From the NCBI GenBank assembly GCA_044357675.1, contig JBIKPC010000001.1, positions 1 through 36,995 on the forward strand: a stretch of 36,995 bases of DNA, read 5' to 3'. Shown in pieces: positions 10,190 to 20,897 of the stretch. A program made the position numbers and the translations under genes. The notes beneath the pieces were generated by a model that did not search any database, had not been told where the DNA came from, and saw nothing but the letters and a program-made list of their open reading frames with translations. Position 1 is the stretch's first letter; every line of letters begins with the position of its first letter. Origin of the DNA: Candidatus Planktophila sp. (GTDB taxonomy: Bacteria; Actinomycetota; Actinomycetes; Nanopelagicales; Nanopelagicaceae).

Positions 10190-10854
10190 TAACGTTCACC
10201 TTCTGGGCTACTTGCAAGAATTTCTTCTGTTCGAACTACATCTGTATCAGAAACCATCACATGAATCAGATCGCCTTGCTGCAAAACAGTGTGCTCATCA
10301 GGGATCAGGCCTTCACCTAGGCGTGTAATAAATGCAACGCGCGCCGGCGTTAAGGCATCTATCAAAAGGATTGGGCGTCCATACCAAGAATTGTGTGGAT
10401 GCATCTCGCACAATTGAACCATTCCGGTTGCATCGCGCCATTCAGATCGTGAACCTTCTGGAGCAAGGCGGCGAAGTATTTGATCCGTTGCCCACAAAAC
10501 TGTTGCAACGGTAGGAATTCCTAGGCGCTGATAGATTTCAGCACGTCCTGGGTCATAAATACGGGCAACAACATTTTGTACACCATATGTTTCGCGTGCA
10601 ACGCGTGCAGCAAGAATATTTGAATTATCACCATTACTAACAGCTGCGAAGGCATCGGCATCTTGAATACCTGCTTCTAATAACACCTCACGGTCAAAGC
10701 CAACTCCAGTGACTGTACGTCCTTTGAAGTTAGGACCTAATCTGCGAAATGCCTCACGAGCCTGGTCGATGACTGAGACTGTATGACCGGCTGCTTCGAG
10801 TTCGGTGGCGAGTGATGAACCAACTCGACCGCAACCCATGATGACTACGTGCAC
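10189..10854 (-). CDS. trkA: TrkA family K+ uptake regulatory subunit (CeoB-like)
   Basis: MHVVIMGCGRVG, GDNSNI, ARIYDPGRAEIYQRLGIPTV. Confidence 0.93.
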   Translation of the reverse strand: MHVVIMGCGRVGSSLATELEAAGHTVSVIDQAREAFRRLGPNFKGRTVTGVGFDREVLLEAGIQDADAFAAVSNGDNSNILAARVARETYGVQNVVARIYDPGRAEIYQRLGIPTVATVLWATDQILRRLAPEGSRSEWRDATGMVQLCEMHPHNSWYGRPILLIDALTPARVAFITRLGEGLIPDEHTVLQQGDLIHVMVSDTDVVRTEEILASSPEGER

Positions 10855-10886
10855 AGGAGGTAACTTACACCCATAGGCTTACATCC
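10855..10886. promoter_or_regulatory. Divergent leaderless promoter pair in 32 bp (minus TAAGTT 10867-10862; plus TAGGCT 10874-10879)
   Basis: Both hexamers lie exactly 7 nt from their start codons (GTG 10854, ATG 10887). Confidence 0.65.
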
Positions 10887-12110
10887 ATGGCATCAAACAA
10901 GAGTTCGGCCCTAAAAACTGGAGATCTAGTTCAGGTCACCATCGAAAAAGTGGCGCACGGGGGACATTTCATTGCGCGTCATGACGGGGCGGTGATCTTT
11001 GTTCGCCATGGGATTCCCGGTGAAAATTGCACTATTCAAATCACAAGCACTGGATCCTCATTTAATCGCGCCGATGTGATTTCAGTCGAAACTCCATCTG
11101 AATTCCGCGTCATAGCACCGTGCACATTTGCTCATCGCAATGGCTGCGGTGGCTGCGATTTCCAGCATATTTCAGTGGACCATCAACGTAAATTGAAATC
11201 CGATGTCATTACCGAACAGTTTGCACGTATTGCAGAGATTGACCTACACGTTGATGTAGAAGAGGTTGATGGGAGCACTCATTGGCGTACCCGAGCAATA
11301 GCTACAACTGACCGTAATGGAAAACTCGGATTTTTTAAGTCCAGATCTCACTCAATAGCACCCGTAACAGATTGCCTCATTTGTGTCGAAGGTATGGATT
11401 TCAGTGAGATCGCTGGCCGTGATCTCAAAGGTGATGTTCGAGTAGAAATCAGTGCATCAAATACTGGCGAGCGTTCAATTGCTTTAGCCCCAACTCGCGG
11501 TGAAGAAAAAGCACGACTAACTGAAGGCCCAGCCATATTGCACGAAAATGTATTAGGTAGATCTTTAGAGGTTAGTCAAGAATCATTTTGGCAAAGCCAC
11601 AAGCGAGCACCAGAAGTATTGACACAAGCAATCCTTGATTATGCAGGGTTTAAAACCGGAGACCATGTGTTAGATCTATATGGTGGTGTTGGTTTATTCA
11701 CGGCAGCCATTGTGGAGGCTGTTGGCCCAACTGGTCATGTTGATTTAATTGAAGGCAGCAAAGTTGCAACCGCCGATGCTGCTCGCAACTTTTCTTCATA
11801 TTCGAACATCACTATCGCAACGGGGGATGTAACAAAATTGTTGCCACGAATTACTGCTGCAGATGTAGTTGTCCTGGATCCACCCCGAGACGGAGCGGGC
11901 AAGGAAGCGATCGCTCACATAGCACGATTAACGCCACGTGCAATTGTTTATGTGGCCTGTGACCCTGCTGCATTGGCCAGAGATACTGCCTATCTTGCAG
12001 ATCACAGATATTCACTCGTAAAAGTGCGTGCTTTTGATCTCTTTCCGATGACACATCACATCGAATGTGTTGCCCTGTATGAGCGCGCTGAGGTATCTTC
12101 AGCACTCTGA
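10887..12110 (+). CDS. TRAM-domain class I SAM-dependent RNA (uracil-5)-methyltransferase, RlmD/RumA family
   Basis: N-terminal TRAM, C..CGGC Fe-S motif, [32 protein letters not shown]. Confidence 0.9.
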   Translation: MASNKSSALKTGDLVQVTIEKVAHGGHFIARHDGAVIFVRHGIPGENCTIQITSTGSSFNRADVISVETPSEFRVIAPCTFAHRNGCGGCDFQHISVDHQRKLKSDVITEQFARIAEIDLHVDVEEVDGSTHWRTRAIATTDRNGKLGFFKSRSHSIAPVTDCLICVEGMDFSEIAGRDLKGDVRVEISASNTGERSIALAPTRGEEKARLTEGPAILHENVLGRSLEVSQESFWQSHKRAPEVLTQAILDYAGFKTGDHVLDLYGGVGLFTAAIVEAVGPTGHVDLIEGSKVATADAARNFSSYSNITIATGDVTKLLPRITAADVVVLDPPRDGAGKEAIAHIARLTPRAIVYVACDPAALARDTAYLADHRYSLVKVRAFDLFPMTHHIECVALYERAEVSSAL

Positions 12111-12132
12111 AAGCTTCTACGAAAGGCAGATT

Positions 12133-14781
12133 ATGAGTAAAAACTCTTTCAACGCAAAGAAGAATCTAGAAGTTGCGGGTAAGAGTTTTGAGATTTTCGA
12201 TATCTCCTCAATCGAAGGCGCTGATAACCTTCCCTTTAGCCTCAAGGTCCTGCTCGAGAATCTACTTCGTACCGAAGATGGCGCAAACATCACCGCCGAT
12301 CACATCAAGGCGCTGGCTTCGTGGGATCCATCAGTTGAACCAGATACTGAAATTCAATTCACACCCGCACGCGTCATTATGCAGGACTTCACCGGCGTAC
12401 CGTGCGTTGTAGATCTTGCCACGATGCGCGAAGCGATCGTTGAGCTTGGGGGAGATGCTTCAAAGGTAAACCCACTTGCACCAGCTGAGCTCGTAATTGA
12501 TCACTCAGTCATCGCCGATAAGTTTGGAACCAAGGATTCATTTGAGCAAAATACAGATATTGAATACCAGCGCAATCAAGAGCGTTACCGTTTCTTGCGT
12601 TGGGGCCAGACCGCATTTGATGAGTTCAAGGTAGTTCCACCTGGAACAGGAATCGTCCACCAAGTAAATATTGAATATTTGGCTCGAGTAGTTATGACTC
12701 GCAGCGTCAAGGGAGTTCTTCGCGCATACCCTGACACCGTTGTAGGCACAGATTCACACACAACCATGGTTAACGGTCTGGGTGTGCTTGGCTGGGGTGT
12801 CGGTGGAATCGAAGCAGAAGCAGCCTTGCTGGGTCAGCCAGTTTCCATGTTAATCCCGCGCGTAGTCGGATTTAAACTAACCGGTGCTCTGCCACTTGGA
12901 ACCACTGCAACTGATATGGCTTTAACCATTACCGAAATTTTGCGCAAGGTAGGCGTTGTCGGAAAGTTCGTTGAGTTCTTTGGTCCTGGAGTTACAACTG
13001 TTCCAATGGCCAACCGAACAACAATCGGAAACATGAGTCCTGAATATGGATCAACATGTGCGATTTTCCCAATCGATGAGGAAACACTTCGATACCTGCG
13101 CCTGACTGGCCGCAGCGATGACCAGGTTGCATTAGTTGAACAGTATGCAAAGCAGCAGGGAATGTGGCATGACCCAGCTATCGAACCACGTTTCTCTCAA
13201 GTTGTTGAGTTAGATCTTTCAACGGTGGTTCCCTCTATTTCAGGTCCAAAACGTCCACAGGATCGCATTTCCCTCAGCGATTCAAAGAAGGCCTTTTCAA
13301 CAATTGTTCCAACCTATTACAGCGAAAAAACTGCAAAGGGTGAAGTTACTGCTGGATCAACTCGTGTGAAAAACGGTGATGTCGTAATTGCATCAATTAC
13401 TTCATGTACCAATACCTCAAACCCATCTGTAATGATTGGTGCTGCGCTGCTTGCAAAGAAAGCCGTAGAAAAGGGACTCACATCAAAGCCATGGGTCAAG
13501 ACAACGCTTGCTCCAGGATCAAAGGTTGTTACTGATTACTACGATCGTGCTGATTTAACTCGGTACATGGAAGCACTCGGCTTCAACTTGGTTGGTTATG
13601 GCTGCGTTACCTGTATCGGAAACTCTGGCCCGCTTCCAATTGAGATAAGCAAGGCAATTAATGAATCTGATTTGGCGGTCACCGCAGTTCTTTCCGGAAA
13701 CCGAAACTTTGAGGGAAGAATTAGCCCAGATGTGAAAATGAACTATCTGGCATCACCTCCGCTAGTAGTTGCCTACGCAATAGCTGGAACAATGGATCAT
13801 GATTTTGAGACTGATTCTTTGGGCAAAGACACCGCAGGCAACGATGTATTTCTAAAGGACATTTGGCCGACGCCTCAAGAGATCCAGAGTGTTATCGACT
13901 CTTCAATCTCATCAGAAATGTTTACCAAAGATTATGCAACAGTTTTCGAAGGTGATCACCGTTGGAAGTCGCTTGCAACCCCAACAGGCAAAGTTTTCGA
14001 ATGGGATCCCAAGTCAACATATGTTCGTAAACCTCCTTACTTTGAAGGTATGCCTAAGCAGCCAACGCCGGTAACAGATATTTCTGGAGCTCGCGTATTG
14101 GCAGTTCTGGGTGACTCGGTAACAACAGATCACATTTCACCTGCTGGAAACATCAAAGCTGATTCACCAGCCGGCAAATATCTGGCAGAGCATGGAATTG
14201 ACCGCGTTGATTTCAATTCTTATGGCTCACGCCGCGGTAACCACGAAATTATGATTCGCGGAACATTTGCAAACATTCGCTTGAAGAACTTGCTGCTAGA
14301 TGGTGTTGAGGGTGGATTTACTCGCAACTTCCTAGCTGGCGGAGAACAAACAACTATTTACGATGCATCAGTTGCCTACCAAGATGCTGGGACGCCACTA
14401 GTCATCCTTGCCGGCAAGGAATACGGATCTGGATCTTCACGTGACTGGGCTGCAAAGGGCACGGCGCTCTTGGGAGTTCGCGCAGTTATTGCTGAAAGTT
14501 TCGAACGCATTCACCGTTCAAACTTGATTGGCATGGGAGTGCTTCCATTGCAGTTTAAAGATGGCGAGACTGCGGCATCACTTGGCCTGACCGGAACTGA
14601 AACATTTGCGATTGCTGGAATTACTGCACTTAACACTGGGGGAGTTCCAAAGGAGCTGACAGTAACTGCAGGGTCAATAACATTTACCGCAAAGGTTCGT
14701 ATCGATACACCGGGAGAAGCCGATTATTATCGCCACGGCGGAATCATGCAGTACGTACTGCGTTCTTTGTTGGCTGAGTAA
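12133..14781 (+). CDS. acnA: Aconitate hydratase A
   Basis: [49 protein letters not shown]. Start moved to 12133, after SD GAAAGG (12121-12126). Confidence 0.98.
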   Translation: MSKNSFNAKKNLEVAGKSFEIFDISSIEGADNLPFSLKVLLENLLRTEDGANITADHIKALASWDPSVEPDTEIQFTPARVIMQDFTGVPCVVDLATMREAIVELGGDASKVNPLAPAELVIDHSVIADKFGTKDSFEQNTDIEYQRNQERYRFLRWGQTAFDEFKVVPPGTGIVHQVNIEYLARVVMTRSVKGVLRAYPDTVVGTDSHTTMVNGLGVLGWGVGGIEAEAALLGQPVSMLIPRVVGFKLTGALPLGTTATDMALTITEILRKVGVVGKFVEFFGPGVTTVPMANRTTIGNMSPEYGSTCAIFPIDEETLRYLRLTGRSDDQVALVEQYAKQQGMWHDPAIEPRFSQVVELDLSTVVPSISGPKRPQDRISLSDSKKAFSTIVPTYYSEKTAKGEVTAGSTRVKNGDVVIASITSCTNTSNPSVMIGAALLAKKAVEKGLTSKPWVKTTLAPGSKVVTDYYDRADLTRYMEALGFNLVGYGCVTCIGNSGPLPIEISKAINESDLAVTAVLSGNRNFEGRISPDVKMNYLASPPLVVAYAIAGTMDHDFETDSLGKDTAGNDVFLKDIWPTPQEIQSVIDSSISSEMFTKDYATVFEGDHRWKSLATPTGKVFEWDPKSTYVRKPPYFEGMPKQPTPVTDISGARVLAVLGDSVTTDHISPAGNIKADSPAGKYLAEHGIDRVDFNSYGSRRGNHEIMIRGTFANIRLKNLLLDGVEGGFTRNFLAGGEQTTIYDASVAYQDAGTPLVILAGKEYGSGSSRDWAAKGTALLGVRAVIAESFERIHRSNLIGMGVLPLQFKDGETAASLGLTGTETFAIAGITALNTGGVPKELTVTAGSITFTAKVRIDTPGEADYYRHGGIMQYVLRSLLAE

Positions 14782-14796
14782 ACTCACTCTCACATT

Positions 14797-16656
14797 ATGG
14801 ATCTGAATACTTTTTCTGTAGGCAAGCTTCATGATATGAGCCCTGCCCAGTTAAAGGATCTTGCCGCCGACATCCGAGTGTTTTTAATCGATAAAGTTTC
14901 AAAAACAGGTGGGCATCTTGGTCCCAATCTTGGAGTTGTCGAACTGACTATCGCTATTCACAGAGTATTTGAATCACCCAAAGATATTGTTCTCTTTGAC
15001 ACCGGCCACCAGTCATACGTCCACAAGATTCTTACTGGTCGCGCAGCTCAATTTGATCTCTTGCGACAGCGCAATGGTATTTCTGGTTATCCCAATCGTC
15101 GCGAGAGCGAACATGATGTAATCGAAAATTCGCACGCATCAACGGCACTGTCCTGGGCAGATGGAATTTCTAGAGGTTTTTCATTGTCCGGTCAGTCAAA
15201 TCGACATGTTGTTGCAGTGGTTGGTGATGGTGCATTAACTGGTGGCATGTCGTGGGAAGCGCTGAATAATTTATCGCCCGAGTCAGAGCGAAATTTAGTA
15301 ATTGTTGTTAACGACAACGAACGGTCTTACTCACCAACTATCGGTGGGTTAGCAACGTATTTAACGACCTTGCGCGCAAGCAGAGAGTACGAGCGCATCT
15401 TGGGTCGTGGCAAGAGAATGCTTCACAATACCCCTGTCGTTGGAAAGTATATTTATGGAACTTTGCATGGCTTGAAAAAGGGAATTAAAGACATGGTCGC
15501 CCCGCAGGGAATGTTTGAGGATTTGGGATTCAAATACCTTGGTCCCATTGATGGCCATGACATTGTAGCTATGGAAAAAACCTTACATATGGCTAAGGAG
15601 TTTGGCGCACCTGTAATTGTCCATGCAATTACTGAAAAAGGACGAGGCTATACACCGGCCATCGAAGATATGGCAGAAAAATTCCATGCAGTTGGAATTG
15701 TTGATCCAGTAACGGGAAAACCGCTAAAGGCATCAGCGCCTTCTTGGACAAATGTTTTCGCTGAAGAAATTACTGCGGTTGGTCGAGAGAATTCAAAGGT
15801 AGTTGCAATTACAGCGGCGATGCTGGGCCCTACAGGCTTAGACAAGTTTGCACAGAATTTTCCTGAAAGAACTATCGATGTTGGTATCGCAGAACAGCAC
15901 GCGGTTACTAGCGCTGCCGGATTAGCCTATGCAGGGATGCACCCGGTCATTGCAATTTATTCAACTTTTCTAAATCGAGCCTTTGATCAGCTGTTGTTAG
16001 ATGTTGCGCTACACAAGGCCGGAGTTACCTTTGTTTTAGACCGTGCTGGAATCACGGGCGATGACGGTCCCTCACACCACGGTATTTGGGATCTAGCGCT
16101 CACTGGAATTGTTCCTAATATGCACGTTGGTGCGCCGCGCGACGGGGCGCGTCTTAAAGAGATCTTGCGAGCATGTGTTGCAATTTCAGATGCGCCGTCC
16201 ATGGTCAGATTTCCAAAGGGTGCGGTCCCTGGCGACATCGCAGCGATCGAACGCCTTAAGGGCATAGATATTCTGCACAAAGGCGCAACGCAGCAAGTAT
16301 TGATTATCAGCGTCGGTTCAATGGCCGGAATGGCGATTGAAGTTGCTCAATTGGCTAAATCGCAAGCAATTGAAATTACTGTTGTTGATCCGCTGTGGGT
16401 TAAACCAATTCCACAATCATTAATCCAAATGTGTGCAGAGTATGGCACTGTCATTGTGATGGAAGATGGAATTAAGCATGCAGGTATTGCTAGCACGATT
16501 TCGGAAATGCTACGTGAATCCGGTAGCACTTGCTCACTGCATTCGATTGGCGTTCCGCTAGAATTTATCGAACACTCAAAGCGTGCTGAAATCCTTGACG
16601 ACATCGCCATTACACCTGCTGCGATTGTGCAGCAGATAGCAGGATGGATTTCCTAG
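14797..16656 (+). CDS. dxs: 1-deoxy-D-xylulose-5-phosphate synthase
   Basis: GGHLGPNLG, DTGHQSYVHK, GDGALTGG...NDN (TPP binding), IAEQHAV, DRAGITGDDGPSH. Confidence 0.98.
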   Translation: MDLNTFSVGKLHDMSPAQLKDLAADIRVFLIDKVSKTGGHLGPNLGVVELTIAIHRVFESPKDIVLFDTGHQSYVHKILTGRAAQFDLLRQRNGISGYPNRRESEHDVIENSHASTALSWADGISRGFSLSGQSNRHVVAVVGDGALTGGMSWEALNNLSPESERNLVIVVNDNERSYSPTIGGLATYLTTLRASREYERILGRGKRMLHNTPVVGKYIYGTLHGLKKGIKDMVAPQGMFEDLGFKYLGPIDGHDIVAMEKTLHMAKEFGAPVIVHAITEKGRGYTPAIEDMAEKFHAVGIVDPVTGKPLKASAPSWTNVFAEEITAVGRENSKVVAITAAMLGPTGLDKFAQNFPERTIDVGIAEQHAVTSAAGLAYAGMHPVIAIYSTFLNRAFDQLLLDVALHKAGVTFVLDRAGITGDDGPSHHGIWDLALTGIVPNMHVGAPRDGARLKEILRACVAISDAPSMVRFPKGAVPGDIAAIERLKGIDILHKGATQQVLIISVGSMAGMAIEVAQLAKSQAIEITVVDPLWVKPIPQSLIQMCAEYGTVIVMEDGIKHAGIASTISEMLRESGSTCSLHSIGVPLEFIEHSKRAEILDDIAITPAAIVQQIAGWIS

Positions 16657-16658
16657 CT

Positions 16659-18767
16659 TTAAGGAAGAGAAGCAACACCCTTTTCATGGAAGCGCTTGCC
16701 AGTTACTGATTCGCTAATTCCTTCGCGATCCAGGTACGGCAAAATTCCTCCAAGATGCATTGGCCATCCAGCGCCCATCAACATACACAGATCGATTTCG
16801 GCAGGAGTTGAGACGACGCCCTCATCAAGCATCGCACGAGCTTCTTCAGCTAGCGCCCTTAGTGCACGTGTGCGAACTTGTTCTGCTGTTGATGGCGTTG
16901 TTCCTTGTTCGACCAATGCCATTGCTGCAGGGTTTGCACCAACTGAGCCATCCTCATTTTTAATGTAGAAGTGGCGTACGCCTTCTTTGACCATGCGTTG
17001 CATTGTCGGAGAAATGCGATAACGAGGACCAAGGTTGTTGTGCAGTGTTTCGGAAACGTGTAAAGCCACACCCGGACCAACAAGATCAAGTAACTGGAAT
17101 GGAGACATTGGGAATCCGATTTCCATCATCGCAGAATCTGCCACTGCAGGTGAAGTTCCTTCATCAACGGCATCTGTTACCTCGCCCATAAAGCGGGTCA
17201 GCAAGCGATTAACTACAAAGCCCGGAGCATCCTTACAAATAATCATGGTCTTCTTGAGCTCTTTACCAACTGCAATTGCAGTGGCCGTTGTTGCATCATC
17301 TGTTGTTGAAGTACGAGCAACCTCAAGTAACGGCATAACGGCAACTGGATTAAAGAAGTGGAAACCAACGACACGTTCTGGATTCTTCAATCCCTCAGTC
17401 ATGCGTTCAACCGATAGGGAAGAGGTATTAGTCGCCAATACGCATTCAGGCGAAACGATTGTCTCTAGCTTTTTAAACAAATCTTGCTTTAAAGAAAGCT
17501 CTTCGAAAATTGCTTCGATAATGAAGTCGCAGCCCGCAAAGACTGTTTGATCAGCAGATCCTGAAATAAGTAGTGAAAGGCGGCCAGCTGATTCGGGGCT
17601 CATGCGCTTCTTTTCAACCAACTTTGCCAATTCATTCTTAACCCAGGCCACACCCTTGTCGGCGCGCTCTTGATCAATATCTGTCATGACAACTGGGCAC
17701 TTAAGGTTGCGAACCATAAGCAGTGCCAACTGTGAAGCCATCAATCCTGCGCCAACAACGCCGACCTTAGTCACCTTACGGGCTAAGGCAGGCTTTGGAG
17801 CACCTTCTACCTTTTTGCGCTTTTTCTGAATCACATTGAATGCATACAGAGATGATCGCAACGTGTCGGACATTGTTAAATCCGTTAGTACTTGATCTTC
17901 AGCATCAAAGCCTTCGCCCAAAGTGTTGTGTTGCGCAGCCGCAATAAGTTCAAGTGCCTTCATAGGTGATGCAATCGTTGCACCACCATACTTCTTTAGT
18001 GCGGCGGCTTTGCCTGTTGCCAATGCCGCTTCCCAACCTGGGTCATCGCTGTAGTCAGTGCGCTCAATCTTTGTTGTGCCGTTGAGAACACCAACTGCAA
18101 AACCGATGGAACGTTCCAAGAAATCTGCGGGATCAAACATGGCATCGACTACGCCAAGCTTTAATGCATCCTTTGCTTTCATCATGGTGTTGTTATTTAA
18201 GGCGTTCAGCATGATTACCTGAACCGCGCGCTCTGGCCCAATTAGCTTAGGCAAGATAGTTGCTCCACCCCATCCTGGCACCAAACCTAAAAATACTTCT
18301 GGAAGTGCGGTAAAGGCGGTGGAAGCAACAGTGCGGTAATGACAATGCAATCCAACTTCTAATCCGCCACCCAGTGCCAAGCCGTTAATGAAGGCAAATG
18401 TTGGAATTTTTGACTCACCTAAACGGCGGAATACATCGTGTCCAAGTTTTCCAATCGCTAGTGCTTGACTGCGATCGGTTAAAAAAGATAGTGCTGAAAG
18501 ATCAGCACCGGCGGCAAAGATAAATGGCTTACCCGTAATAGCGATTGCTGCTGGATTACGACCGATTGCATCTGTAATCGCGCTATTTAACGCGGTAACA
18601 GATTGAGGTCCAAAAGTATTTGGTCGGTTGTGATCGTGCCCGTTATCTAAAGTAATCAGCGCCATCATTCCTTTACCACCAAAAGCTGAAAGATCGATGT
18701 CGCGTACAAGTGCGTTTGTAACAACCTCTTCAGGTGCTCCAGCTGGAAGTGTGATCTCTGCGCTCAT
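16659..18767 (-). CDS. fadB: Multifunctional enoyl-CoA hydratase / 3-hydroxyacyl-CoA dehydrogenase (beta-oxidation alpha subunit)
   Basis: Crotonase FAAGADL, GGGLE, PEV.LG; dehydrogenase GAGLMA, TNTSSL, HFFNP. Confidence 0.92.
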   Translation of the reverse strand: MSAEITLPAGAPEEVVTNALVRDIDLSAFGGKGMMALITLDNGHDHNRPNTFGPQSVTALNSAITDAIGRNPAAIAITGKPFIFAAGADLSALSFLTDRSQALAIGKLGHDVFRRLGESKIPTFAFINGLALGGGLEVGLHCHYRTVASTAFTALPEVFLGLVPGWGGATILPKLIGPERAVQVIMLNALNNNTMMKAKDALKLGVVDAMFDPADFLERSIGFAVGVLNGTTKIERTDYSDDPGWEAALATGKAAALKKYGGATIASPMKALELIAAAQHNTLGEGFDAEDQVLTDLTMSDTLRSSLYAFNVIQKKRKKVEGAPKPALARKVTKVGVVGAGLMASQLALLMVRNLKCPVVMTDIDQERADKGVAWVKNELAKLVEKKRMSPESAGRLSLLISGSADQTVFAGCDFIIEAIFEELSLKQDLFKKLETIVSPECVLATNTSSLSVERMTEGLKNPERVVGFHFFNPVAVMPLLEVARTSTTDDATTATAIAVGKELKKTMIICKDAPGFVVNRLLTRFMGEVTDAVDEGTSPAVADSAMMEIGFPMSPFQLLDLVGPGVALHVSETLHNNLGPRYRISPTMQRMVKEGVRHFYIKNEDGSVGANPAAMALVEQGTTPSTAEQVRTRALRALAEEARAMLDEGVVSTPAEIDLCMLMGAGWPMHLGGILPYLDREGISESVTGKRFHEKGVASLP

Positions 18768-18769
18768 AA

Positions 18770-19957
18770 TTACTTTGCTCCCTTAAAGTGTGGGTTTTCC
18801 CAGATGACAGTGCCACCCATGCCCAGTCCAATACACATAGTTGTAATGCCATAACGAACCTCTGGTTGTGCTTCAAAGGTCCGAGCTAAATTAAGCATTA
18901 AGCGAACACCTGATGATGCCAATGGATGACCAACAGCAATCGCTCCACCATATGGATTGACTCGAACGTCATCATCTGCAATCCCAAAGTGATCTAAGAA
19001 CGCAATAACCTGCACCGCAAATGCCTCATTAACTTCGAATGCGCCAATGTCCTCAATAGTTAAACCTGCTTGCTTCAGCGCTTTAATTGTTGATGGAACT
19101 GGACCGTAGCCCATGATCTCTGGCTGAACACCTGCAAATGCGTAAGTAACCATCTTGGCTTTAATTGTTAATCCGAGTTCTAACGCTTTTTCTTCGCTAG
19201 CAAGTATCGCTGCAGTAGCACCATCATTTAATCCTGATGAGTTACCTGGTGTCACACGTCCTGCTGGACGAAACGGAGTTTTTAATCCTGCAAGGCCCTC
19301 CATAGTTGTTTGTGGACGGGGTGCTTCATCAACAGTTGCAACTGTCCAACCAAGCTCTGCGCTGCGCGCTGCTGTTGGAATCAAGTCACGTTGAATCTTT
19401 CCATCTGCATATGCTTTCGCTGTTTTCAACTGCGAATTCATCGCATAGCTATCGGCACGTTCCTTAGTTAACTGTGGGAAGCGATCATGCAATCTTTCTG
19501 CAGTTGCGCCCATTGCAAGAGCATCTTGCTCAACAATACGTTCGGCTAAGTACCGTGGATTTGGATCCATGAGTTCGCCCATTGGATGGTTGCCCATGTG
19601 TTCTACACCGCCAGCGATAGCAATTTCATTTGTTCCCATTGCAATCGCACCAGCAATTGTTGTAACTGCGGTCAACGCACCGGCACACCAGCGGTCAACT
19701 GAATAACCTGGAACAGTGTTGGGTAATCCTGAAAGCAAAGCTACGCTTCGACCGATGTTCATACCTTGGTCACCAGTTTGTGTTGCTGCAGCAATTGCGA
19801 CATCTTCAATCGATGCGGGATCAACCTTTGGGTTTCGCTCTAGCAATCCACGTATCGCGCGAACCATCAGATCATCTGCACGTGTACCGGCATACATTCC
19901 GCCGGCCTTTCCAAATGGGGTGCGGACGGCATCAACAAGGACAACTGTGCGGGACAT
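18770..19957 (-). CDS. fadA: Acetyl-CoA C-acyltransferase (thiolase)
   Basis: DRWCAGAL active-site Cys, NEAFA, GHPLASSG, CIGLGMG. Start moved to 19957 (MSRTVVL), after SD AAGGAAG. Confidence 0.94.
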   Translation of the reverse strand: MSRTVVLVDAVRTPFGKAGGMYAGTRADDLMVRAIRGLLERNPKVDPASIEDVAIAAATQTGDQGMNIGRSVALLSGLPNTVPGYSVDRWCAGALTAVTTIAGAIAMGTNEIAIAGGVEHMGNHPMGELMDPNPRYLAERIVEQDALAMGATAERLHDRFPQLTKERADSYAMNSQLKTAKAYADGKIQRDLIPTAARSAELGWTVATVDEAPRPQTTMEGLAGLKTPFRPAGRVTPGNSSGLNDGATAAILASEEKALELGLTIKAKMVTYAFAGVQPEIMGYGPVPSTIKALKQAGLTIEDIGAFEVNEAFAVQVIAFLDHFGIADDDVRVNPYGGAIAVGHPLASSGVRLMLNLARTFEAQPEVRYGITTMCIGLGMGGTVIWENPHFKGAK

Positions 19958-19987
19958 GGAACTTCCTTTACCTAGGGCGTAGCCCAA

Positions 19988-20004
19988 ATGTTACTCGTCA
20001 GTAA
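19988..20004 (-). promoter_or_regulatory. Palindromic operator TTACT-N4-AGTAA (19991-20004) overlapping putative -10 TAACAT (19993-19988) of fadAB
   Basis: Dyad with perfect 5-bp arms, about 35-50 bp upstream of the thiolase start. Confidence 0.55.
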
Positions 20005-20024
20005 GGGTTTAGGACAGTAGCGAA

Positions 20025-20843
20025 TTAGGCGTTAACTGGTGTCTTTACACGTGGCTTAGACAGGTATGGAACCAACACTGCGCCTAGATATAGAACATAG
20101 ACGCCCAACTGCAGCCATGAGGTCGTTGTATCAAAGCCGACGGTGCCAGAAAGGGATGCACCCAGAATTGAATCCTTGGCGATAAATGAGGTGACATCCC
20201 AAGCAAAAGCATCAGGGCCTGGCAGGTACCCAAGCTCTTGGAATTCGTGGATTCCATAGGACAAGACGCCAGCTGCAACGATGATTAAAGCCACACCTGA
20301 ATAGGTGAAGAATTTTGCAAGGTTCAATCTGATCGCGCTCTTATAGATTAAGTATCCAAGAACGATTGAAACAGTAAATCCTAGAAGTAAACCAATTGTT
20401 GAACTTGTTACATCTGCAACTGTTTGGAAGTTTGTGTAAACAAATATCGATGTTTCAAGACCTTCACGAATAACAGCGATAAAAGCCACTCCGGCTAGGG
20501 CTAGCGGCCCTGCACTTACTGCGTTTTCTACTTTTCCTTGCAGCTCATTGCGAAGATTTCGTGCAGTGCGCTTCATCCAGAAAACCATCCACGTCACTAG
20601 TGCCACGGCGATAAATGATGTGACACCAGCAAATAGCTCTTGTCCACGATCGCTCAGTGATACCGATGTCATCGTTAGGAATGCACCAAGTGCGATACTC
20701 GCGATGACAGCTGTAACAACACCGGTCCACAAAGGCTTGAGATAACCCTGGCGATTGGTCTTAACGATGTAGGCAACCAGGATTCCGACAATGAGACAGG
20801 CTTCTAGGCCTTCTCGAAGAGCAATAATGAATGTACTGAGCAT
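20025..20843 (-). CDS. efeU: FTR1/EfeU family iron permease
   Basis: Two REGLE motifs (LREGLEA, IREGLET), about 7 TM helices. Start moved to 20843 (MLSTF), 7 nt after -10 TAGATT. Confidence 0.9.
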   Translation of the reverse strand: MLSTFIIALREGLEACLIVGILVAYIVKTNRQGYLKPLWTGVVTAVIASIALGAFLTMTSVSLSDRGQELFAGVTSFIAVALVTWMVFWMKRTARNLRNELQGKVENAVSAGPLALAGVAFIAVIREGLETSIFVYTNFQTVADVTSSTIGLLLGFTVSIVLGYLIYKSAIRLNLAKFFTYSGVALIIVAAGVLSYGIHEFQELGYLPGPDAFAWDVTSFIAKDSILGASLSGTVGFDTTTSWLQLGVYVLYLGAVLVPYLSKPRVKTPVNA

Positions 20844-20869
20844 GAGCCAAAATCTAAGGGAAAAGGGGT

Positions 20870-20897
20870 ATTTACGCAACTCTTATGTTGCGTAAAT
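20870..20897 (-). terminator. Perfect 11-bp inverted repeat right after the rnd stop; probable terminator or operator
   Basis: ATTTACGCAAC-tcttat-GTTGCGTAAAT, followed on the minus strand by ACCCCTTTT. Confidence 0.6.

Noticed and set aside
12067-12132. Upstream start extensions in the ORF track (acnA 12067, fadA 19987, efeU 20879, NCS2 35592, DUF3093 7934, microprotein 24211)
   Set aside because: They overlap neighbouring genes or promoters, while downstream starts have SD or -10 support and family-typical N-termini.
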